Below are positions 56,780-64,000 of a DNA stretch of 64,000 nt, piece by piece (within the stretch, counting starts at the first letter, position 1; each line of letters starts with the position of its first letter). The DNA comes from an uncultured Planctomycetaceae bacterium. GTDB lineage: Bacteria > Planctomycetota > Planctomycetia > Isosphaerales > Isosphaeraceae. A model generated the notes under the pieces. The model worked only from the letters and a program-made list of their open reading frames with translations, made no database searches and was not told where the DNA came from. The stretch is taken from assembly GCA_963833985.1 (NCBI GenBank), contig CAWIAD010000001.1, positions 800,001 through 864,000 of the forward strand, in the 5' to 3' direction. The translations under genes and the position numbers were made by a program.

Positions 56780-57910
56780 TCACAGACGACCGGCTCCGCC
56801 AGGCAGGGCGATCAGCGCATTTTTTGGAATACCGGCGGGGTGGTAGAAGAACCCGATCCCGAAAATCACGTAGACGGCGATGAGGATCAAACCCTCCAGC
56901 CAGCTCGACTCGCCGTCGTAGATCAGGTTGCGGGTCACGTAAACCGCCATGACGATTGCGATCAGTTCCAGTGGTGAGAAGATCAGGTCCATCGGCTGTC
57001 CCATGATCAGCCCCATGAAGACCAGCACCGGCGCGACGAGCAACCCGACCTGCGTGCTCGCACCTACCGTGATTCCCAGGCACAGATCCATCTGGTCCTT
57101 GCGCACGAACCGGATGGCGTTGAACAGCTCCGCGGCATTTCCCACCAGGGCCAGCAGAAATACGCCGGCGAAGCGGGGAGTGAGGTTCAGTATCTGAGAG
57201 GCCGGCTCAAGAGCGCCTGTAAGAATCTCGCTCATGACGGCCAGGCCCAATGTCACGGCACCCAGGATGCCGATGGCTATTTTCCTGCTCCATCTCGGCT
57301 CGTCCCTGGACTCAGCCTCATCCGGACGCGCGTCCTGCTCTTTCAGGTTCGCCTGCACGCCTTCCTTGCCGATGACCGGCTTCTGCTTCACGAAGATGGC
57401 GGCCAGGCTGGCAAGATAGACCAGAAACAGTACCGCTGAGACTTCCAGGCTGATGGCCCGGGCGGCGGTACTGCTGAAGTCCGTCACTGCCGGAATGATC
57501 AGTCCGAAGGACGCCAGTGTCAAAAGCGCCGAGGACATGCGGGCCGCTCGGGGGTCGAACGTCTGGTTACGCCGGTATTTGATTCCGCCGGCCAGGAACG
57601 CCGCACCCACACCGAAGAGCAGGTTGCCGATGATCGACCCGGTGAGCGACGACTTCACCATGCCGACGAGCCCCCGGTGCAACGCAAAACCGGAGATGAT
57701 GATCTCGGGCGCGTTGCCCAGGGTTGCATTGAGCAATCCGCCGGCGGTGGGGCCCAGGTACCTGGCCAGCACCTCGGTGGCGTCGCCCATCAGCTTCACG
57801 AGCGGCACAATCGCCAGGGCCGAGGTCAGGAACACCACGATCGGATTGGCCCCGAACCAGCTTAGCCCAATCCCGATCGGAAGAAAAAAGAGCAGCCACC
57901 TCAGGCGCAT
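56780..57910 (-). CDS. cax: Ca2+/H+ antiporter (CaCA family, CAX/ChaA-like)
   Basis: Alpha-1 GLLNATLGNAPE, SLTGSIIGNLL; alpha-2 GNAAE, GASTQVGLLVAP, DGESSWLEG. Confidence 0.93.
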   Translation of the reverse strand: MRLRWLLFFLPIGIGLSWFGANPIVVFLTSALAIVPLVKLMGDATEVLARYLGPTAGGLLNATLGNAPEIIISGFALHRGLVGMVKSSLTGSIIGNLLFGVGAAFLAGGIKYRRNQTFDPRAARMSSALLTLASFGLIIPAVTDFSSTAARAISLEVSAVLFLVYLASLAAIFVKQKPVIGKEGVQANLKEQDARPDEAESRDEPRWSRKIAIGILGAVTLGLAVMSEILTGALEPASQILNLTPRFAGVFLLALVGNAAELFNAIRFVRKDQMDLCLGITVGASTQVGLLVAPVLVFMGLIMGQPMDLIFSPLELIAIVMAVYVTRNLIYDGESSWLEGLILIAVYVIFGIGFFYHPAGIPKNALIALPGGAGRL

Positions 57911-58014
57911 CGCCTTGCTCCCCCGGCTTCGTCCTCATGGTTCTCTTCCGTCAGCAGGACGCTCGGATTCTGGAGGGAAGACGGGGAGCAATACCCAGGC
58001 CATGTCCCGATGGT

Positions 58015-58350
58015 TCAGTGCGTGGCGGGCGCCGCCGTGACGCTGGCCTGCCCGAGCATGGCGTCCACACGCAGGCTGGCGGCGTGGGCTCCGTCCATCA
58101 GGCCGCGGACGGCGGCATTCTCACGCGGGATGGCGCGGGCCAGCAGCGCGGCCGGGAAGACAACGCCGTAAGAAATGGCATAGGTCGTCTGGTACAGGGC
58201 GCGAGCAAGGACCAGGCTGGTGTTCGCCAGTGCCCGGTCGGCCGCCGCCCGGGCGTCCATGGCGCCATTCCTGGCGGCCGTCGCGACCAGGTCGAATGTC
58301 CCCGATACTGAATCCACACCCGTACCGGCCGCTGCCGTCATGTCCGACAT
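58015..58350 (-). CDS. Hypothetical protein, 'ISYGVVFP' family paralogue 3
   Basis: YQTTYAISYGVVFPAALLARAIPRENAAVRGLMDGAHAA. AGGAGG RBS; directly upstream of cax. Confidence 0.82.
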   Translation of the reverse strand: MSDMTAAAGTGVDSVSGTFDLVATAARNGAMDARAAADRALANTSLVLARALYQTTYAISYGVVFPAALLARAIPRENAAVRGLMDGAHAASLRVDAMLGQASVTAAPATH

Positions 58351-58636
58351 GGAGGACCTCCTGGTCGTCATTCTTTCCCGGAACAACACGCTCAGAGCAA
58401 TATCTTACCTATTTTGCCTCATGACCGCAAAGACACCACAGGATCGATTATGGTGAGGCGGTGGGCTCAGACCCAGCACGGCGTGGTTTATCCGGCAAAA
58501 TCCATACGTTTGGCTTCGCAGCCTTGTCTGACCGTAGTGGCGGCCTGATCATGATAGTAAGGGGACGCGCTTCGACGGCTCCATTGTGACCTTCCCGGTC
58601 AGGCTCCCCGAGACCCCTGGATTGCAGGAGCTCCAC

Positions 58637-59699
58637 ATGCGTTACCACCTCCGAATGTTGGTCCTTCCTTTTGTCGCCCTCTGTATCCTGCCTTCCATGG
58701 CCAGTGCCCAGTGGATGTACCCACGCGGCTATGGCGGTTACGGCATGAGCCGCTGGGGAGCGGACCCGGCGTCCGGGTACATGGCTGGACTGGGCGCGTA
58801 TGCGCGGGCAGGGGGTTTACGCGCTGCAAAAGGCCCAGGCCGACTCCATCAATCTGGAGACGATGATCAAGTGGAACAAGGCTCTGCGGGAGCGCCAGCG
58901 CGCACTTCGCGAGCAGAAGCAACAGGAGCAAGCCAGCAAGGAGGCGGCCCGCGAACGAAGGGTTGCGGACCTGGAGTTGAAGGACGGTACGACGCTGAAT
59001 AACCTGCTGCTGGAGATCCTCGACGCAGACCCCGCGGTGGCAAGGTCGAGCCGGGCGAAAATGCCTGTGAGCACGGCTGCGATCCGCGAGATCCCGTTCG
59101 AGTGGGATTCCGAGGCACTCACCATCTGTCTTGACCAGATGACCGGTGAGGACTCGCTTCCCGACATTCTGATGCGGCCGGAGTACACCGAGCAGCGCAA
59201 TGCGCTTCATGCCGCGGTCAAGCCCGCGCTCGAGGAAGACGCCCGGGGTGATGTTTCGGCCGCGACGCGCCAGCGGATCGACAAGGCCGTCGCGGACTTC
59301 CGCGCCACGTTCATGAAGAACGCCTCCGAGTTCACCCCGGGATACCAGGACGCCCTTGATTATTTCACCACGATGGCCAGCCTCAACCGGCTGCTCAACG
59401 ACCCGAGCATGAAGGCATTTCTGGATCAGCTCGAAGACACGAAGCAGAGCACCGTCGGCAACCTGGTGGCATTCATGAATGCCTATAACCTACGCTTCGG
59501 AGCCACCACCTCGGATCGGCAGGTCGAGATTTACTCTCAGCTCTTGCCGGGATTGGTCGCGCTCCGCAACGAGATCGCCAGCCAGCACGCACAGGCCTCG
59601 AACGCGGACCGTTCGGGTGCAGGGCTGAGGTCCGCCGCCAGGGCGGCCTTCAAGGGAATGAACTGGCAGGAGCTCCAGGCTCAACAGAAAGGCAAATGA
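58637..59699 (+). CDS. Secreted helical protein with GYGGYG N-terminus, frameshift near 58808
   Basis: AGGAG RBS; signal peptide ending ASA-QW; continues into ORF 58800..59699 (SINLETMIKWN, DGTTLNNLL, FMNAYNLRFG). Confidence 0.75.
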
Positions 59700-59830
59700 C
59701 CATGCCCACGGAGGGCATGGTCGTGCACGATCTTGCGGGGGAAGGCTCATGCTGAGTTGCCGGCCGGACCGCCGGTCCCGGCATGGGCCTTTTACCCCCG
59801 GGGCAAGTCGGGGCGCAAGCTGTTCATGCC

Positions 59831-60318
59831 CTAGCGCGCGCTCATGAAGGCGTCATAGAGCCGCCGGCGCGCATCACGCAGTGCGCTCTCGACGCCCTCG
59901 AACTCACCGACGGTCATCACCCTGAAGAGCAGCCGATCCAGCTCGGCTTCGAGCTCGACGAGGGGCTCGCGCCGCCGGCTGGTCTGCGCGCTCGTGGACC
60001 TGGGTCTGGCCCCACTCAGGTCAACCACCTGCAACTTGGGTTTGCGCCGCGCTTCTTGCCGGTGTAGGGCGGCTTGACCGCGGTTGTGGTTGCGCTTGCG
60101 GCCACCGATTCGCGCTTGCGGCGCGGCACGCCGCGCAAATTGCCGGTCAGCCCCATTTGCGACCGCGTCTTGTTCACGAGCGTCTCGCTGATGGTGCCTT
60201 CCATTCCCGCTTCCGCCCACGCGCCGTTCACCAAGTGGGTGTTGGCCTGAGGATGATCGATCAGGTACTCCTTGACAAAGGATGTTTTTCCTTGATCGCG
60301 TGTCTTCGTTGCTGCCAT
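59831..60318 (-). CDS. Hypothetical protein (possibly nucleic-acid binding), frameshift near 60045
   Basis: MAATKTRDQGKTSFVKEYL...KKRG(R)KPK joins ...LEAELDRLLFRVM..VESALRDARRRLY. Confidence 0.65.
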
Positions 60319-60652
60319 GCCGGAATCTCCAGATGATTGGTACGGAATTCCCTTTTCTTCACAGATCATCAATCCATAACCAATGCAAACTACAGAATCA
60401 AGGGGGTTCTGCTTCCTTGAACAAAAACAATACAGCCTCAAATCGCTACCGTTGTCCTCCTGTAGCGTCGCCCTCGGTGCCGGCAGAGCACTACAGGACC
60501 AGACGCATCACAGCCGAAAGGGACGGTGAATGTTCAAGTGACAAGTGTCAGGCGATGTGAAAAAGGGTGCCTCGCGGCCCGACTACCACTGTCACTGGGT
60601 CGCGCGCCACATGCGGTCCGGGAGCGGCGATTCACCGGCGGCTCCCACGGAA

Positions 60653-63472
60653 TTACTTGCTTGCCGGCCTGTCGCCGGCTTCCTTGAGCACCGTCTCCAG
60701 CGCCGTGCGGAGCTGTTCGCCGAGGTGCGGTCCGCCACCCACGAAGAGACGCGCCACGTTGCCGGCGCGGTCGATGACCACGGTTTGAGGTATGGCGCTG
60801 GCGGCATACTTTTCGGCGACTCCGCCGTCGCGATCGAGTGCCACGGCGGGGTGCAGCTTGTGCCGCTCGAGCATCGAGGTGATCTGCTGGGGCGACTCCT
60901 GCAAATTGACCGCAATCAGGTGCACGCCGCGGTCGCGGAACTCCTCGGCCACCTTTTCCACCTGCGGCATGGCTTGCAGACAAGGACCGCACCAGGTCGC
61001 CCAGAAGTCAAGGATGATCACCTTGCCGCGCGTTTCCGCCAGGTGGAACTTGGTACCGCCCAGGAGCTCGAGCACGAAGTCCGGAGCCGGCCGGCCCACG
61101 AGGGCGGACTCGGTGCCCACGGGCCGGCCCGAACTTGGCCCCCCGGCGTCGTCCTGGAAGGCTTTCGGCTCGATGGCGTTTTGCAGCTTCCACTGCTGGT
61201 GAACCAGGGTGGCCGCGGCCTGTTCGATGCATCCGCCGATGAGCAACTGATCGACGTCCCGCAGCGCGACCTGGCAGGCGCCCAGAACCTCGCTCCGGCC
61301 CGCGAGCACTCCCTGGGCCATTCGTTCGGCCAGGAAGGTCAGGCGGATGCCGTCATGGCAGACGGCCTGCACGCGGGTGACCGGAGCCGGCGCCGGGTCG
61401 GCAGGCTTCACGCCGGGCGCCGGTTGCTCGGGGTGCAGCCAGACGATGAGCGCCAGCCGGTCGCGAGGGATCTCGCGCGGCTCCAGCCGGATCTCCATCT
61501 GGAGCGAACGGTCGTCGAGCTTGATGAGCCGGCCGCGCAGGAAGTCACCGCTGCGCGAACGGACCAGGTGAGTCGGCGGATTGTCCTTCTGCATGCGAGG
61601 CAATGTGAGCAATCGCTCGCGCTTGACCCGGTTCAGCTTGATGGGCGGATCGCCGGCGAGCGCCAGCTCCACGGCCTGCACCTTGTCGTGCGGGACGAAC
61701 GTGCTCGCCGAGAGCGCTGTGCGAAAGGTCACCCCGCGCTCGTCTATGCCGGTAATCTCCGAGGGAATGACGTCGCCGCTCCGAAGGTAGAGGGCCTTTC
61801 GCTTGCCCCCGCTCTGTCCCGGTGATTCCCCGCTCAGGGCCGTGAGAAACCCCACGACGAAACCTCCTGGCCCCTGGGGCGGCGGAGGCGCCGACGGCCG
61901 CTGGACGGGCCGCGCAGGCGCGGGCTCCCGGTAGACGATCCGGCCCGAGACCCCATGGCACAGGGGACTGGCGCTGCGGCTTCCCTGTGGCTGCCACGCC
62001 AGGCAGCTTGCCGCGGGGCCCTCCGCACCGTCCACCAGGCGGCCGGGCAGCCGCACCCCTTCCAGCATGAGCACGCCGCTCTGCCCCCGGGTCTCTGATG
62101 CGTGCGATTCGGCCGGGCGGAGCACGACCAGCGAACGCAAGCCGGCCGCCGGCAGGTTCAGCACCTGCTGGAAACCGGGCACCCGCAGCGCAAGAGATTC
62201 TTGCTCCACTTTCAAGAGCGTGCCGCTATATCGCGATCCGTCCTGGTAGACCGCCGCCAGCGCCCGATCCCAGACCTCTGCCGGACGCGACAGGAACACT
62301 CCGCCGATCTGCTTTTCGGGCATGCGCGTCAGCCCCCGGTCGCCTCGGATGACGAATTCGCGCGACGCCGTGTCGAACCCGATGATCTGGCCGTACACGA
62401 TCGAACCGTCGTCCCAGTGGATCCGCGACCGATCCCCCTCCACCTGGCGCGGGGGTTCGCCATTCCAGCGGCCGATCCGCAACCGCTCCAGCCGCAAGTC
62501 GCCCCGCTTGTTGACGAGCGAGAGCCCGCCGTGCACCTGAGCCTGGCCGCCGGCCACTTTCACGTCCGCCAGCGGCTTGCCCCGAGCGTTGTAGACCAGG
62601 GCCCGTCCCTTCTCCTGGTCCAGGTAGGCCACCAGGTGAACTCGCCCCGCGCCCTGGCCCACCTCGCCCACCGAGGCCACGTCGGCCTCCTGCTCCGTCT
62701 CGCGCTGAATGATCAGATCGCGCTCCCAGACCTCGAACCGGAAGGCGCGCTGCACGGTCTTCTCATCCTCGCCCACGCCCAGGGCGAAAACAAAGTCGGG
62801 CTTGGTCTTCCAGGAGAGCTCGAACTCGAGGGTCGACCGCGCGGGAAGCTTGAAATCCCCGCGGATGGCCGCCCCTTCGCGATCGGTCCAGGGCTGTCCT
62901 TGCTCTTCACGCCAGTCCTCCTTGCCCGGCGGCTGCTGCCAGCCCAGAAGTCCGTTGGGGCCCAGGTAAACAAGGTCGGCGCTGGAACGCCAGCGGTACA
63001 TTCGATTGATCACCGAGCGATCGACGCGAACCCGGCCCAGACCGGCAATCTCCAGCTCCGCGGCGTGCTCATCGAGCGTCAACAATGAGCCAAAGGCGAC
63101 ATCGCCGCCAGCCATCTCGAAGCAGTAGTCGCCCACCGGCCGCGGCAGCTCGGCTGGGACGGCGAGATGAACCGCGGAAAGGGAGGTCAAGCTGAAGTCC
63201 AGCGGTGCCGTGAAGGCGGGGCTTTGCCAGCGGAGGGTCTCGGGCCGGCCGGATGGCACGAGCGTCCCGTGCACGAAACCGCCGTTGTAAAGGTGAAGCA
63301 TGCCGCCAGCGGAGGCCGTGCGACCAGCCCCTGGCGGTGCAGCCTGCGCGGTGCCGGTCGCCCCCAGCCAGGCAGCCAGAACCATCAAGGCGATCGAGTG
63401 CCGGCACACCAGTGCGGACCGGCGGCACGCGGATTCGGCACGGCAAAGTGAAGGCATCGACTCACCGTTCAT
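60653..63472 (-). CDS. Large secreted protein with C-terminal TlpA-like thioredoxin domain
   Basis: Signal peptide; APDFVL, ILDFWATWCGPC, IPQTVVIDRAG. Confidence 0.87.
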   Translation of the reverse strand: MNGESMPSLCRAESACRRSALVCRHSIALMVLAAWLGATGTAQAAPPGAGRTASAGGMLHLYNGGFVHGTLVPSGRPETLRWQSPAFTAPLDFSLTSLSAVHLAVPAELPRPVGDYCFEMAGGDVAFGSLLTLDEHAAELEIAGLGRVRVDRSVINRMYRWRSSADLVYLGPNGLLGWQQPPGKEDWREEQGQPWTDREGAAIRGDFKLPARSTLEFELSWKTKPDFVFALGVGEDEKTVQRAFRFEVWERDLIIQRETEQEADVASVGEVGQGAGRVHLVAYLDQEKGRALVYNARGKPLADVKVAGGQAQVHGGLSLVNKRGDLRLERLRIGRWNGEPPRQVEGDRSRIHWDDGSIVYGQIIGFDTASREFVIRGDRGLTRMPEKQIGGVFLSRPAEVWDRALAAVYQDGSRYSGTLLKVEQESLALRVPGFQQVLNLPAAGLRSLVVLRPAESHASETRGQSGVLMLEGVRLPGRLVDGAEGPAASCLAWQPQGSRSASPLCHGVSGRIVYREPAPARPVQRPSAPPPPQGPGGFVVGFLTALSGESPGQSGGKRKALYLRSGDVIPSEITGIDERGVTFRTALSASTFVPHDKVQAVELALAGDPPIKLNRVKRERLLTLPRMQKDNPPTHLVRSRSGDFLRGRLIKLDDRSLQMEIRLEPREIPRDRLALIVWLHPEQPAPGVKPADPAPAPVTRVQAVCHDGIRLTFLAERMAQGVLAGRSEVLGACQVALRDVDQLLIGGCIEQAAATLVHQQWKLQNAIEPKAFQDDAGGPSSGRPVGTESALVGRPAPDFVLELLGGTKFHLAETRGKVIILDFWATWCGPCLQAMPQVEKVAEEFRDRGVHLIAVNLQESPQQITSMLERHKLHPAVALDRDGGVAEKYAASAIPQTVVIDRAGNVARLFVGGGPHLGEQLRTALETVLKEAGDRPASK

Positions 63473-64000
63473 AGATGGGCAGGAAGCGGTAGTTCAGCGC
63501 CAGGGCCAGCAGTGAGAAAGACGTTGAGAGCGTGGGCCCGAGTTGCCCCTGGAAGCTGCCATCCGGCTTCTGTGCGGCCTTGAGCTGGCGGACGAGCAGC
63601 TTGTTCCACTTCTCCCAGGCGTTGAGATCGGCCTGGAAGAGCGCCTGGGCCTGGTAGTAGCGGGCGTACTCCGGCCACTGGTGGGTAATTTGCTGCTCCA
63701 GCCTTTGCTTCAGGTAGTCCGCCGTGGCCTTGTATTCCGGCAGCTCCTTGCGCCGGCCGACCGCATAGACCAGCGAGGCGATCGAGATCCGGGCAATCGA
63801 TTCATCGAAGCCGCCGATCCCGCCGGTGTACGCGACCTGTCCCGAGGGAGCCGTCATCTGCTTGTAGAAAGCGAGGGCCTTGTCGATGGCCTGGTCGGGA
63901 ATCTCGATGCCGGCGTTTCGCGCGGCGAGCAGGCCGACGAGCACGGCCCCACTCACGGAAGTGTCGGCGTCGGAGGCGTCGGGCGAATACCTCCAGCCGC
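63462..64000 (-). CDS. Prenyltransferase/squalene-oxidase repeat protein (5' part outside window)
   Basis: GWRYSP..SDADTSVSG...LLAARNAGIEIP, YARYYQAQA, QKPDGSF, LALNYRFLPIYER. Confidence 0.85.
   Translation of the reverse strand, partial: GWRYSPDASDADTSVSGAVLVGLLAARNAGIEIPDQAIDKALAFYKQMTAPSGQVAYTGGIGGFDESIARISIASLVYAVGRRKELPEYKATADYLKQRLEQQITHQWPEYARYYQAQALFQADLNAWEKWNKLLVRQLKAAQKPDGSFQGQLGPTLSTSFSLLALALNYRFLPIYER

Overview
High-GC bacterial chromosomal window, most consistent with a planctomycete of the Isosphaeraceae type. This is an inference from three proteins with the planctomycete 'LE.R.L' export motif, a DUF1080 fusion, a SecA with a long insertion and a prenyltransferase-repeat protein. 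The left half (1-30 kb) is mostly housekeeping and metabolic: msrB, aldehyde dehydrogenase, PAS hybrid kinase, WD40, a Ser/Thr kinase fused to a solute-binding domain, a class I HMG-CoA reductase homologue, Gly/Tyr-rich secreted proteins, a NanA-like lyase, GH20-DUF1080, tRNA-Leu(GAG), lhr, ggt, secA and waaA. Next come a 1643-aa secreted subtilase-like protein and a three-gene GAF-HlyD / HlyD / M50-HlyD cassette bracketed by two copies of a ~230-245 bp REP-containing element with terminal inverted repeats. The most interesting part is a ~16 kb metal-handling locus (42.4-58.4 kb). It encodes a non-CPC P1B-type ATPase, a catalytically degenerate paralogue of it, a GxxxG small membrane protein and three dispersed paralogues of an unknown 'ISYGVVFP...GL.DGA' protein, plus TerC, DUF6766, a TolC and a Ca2+/H+ antiporter. 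The arrangement resembles, but differs from, ferrosome (fez) organelle gene clusters. About 14 single-base frameshifts, one of them in the essential gene secA, point to uncorrected long-read indel errors, so most 'broken' genes are probably intact in vivo. All family assignments come from motif recognition by eye; no database search was run.
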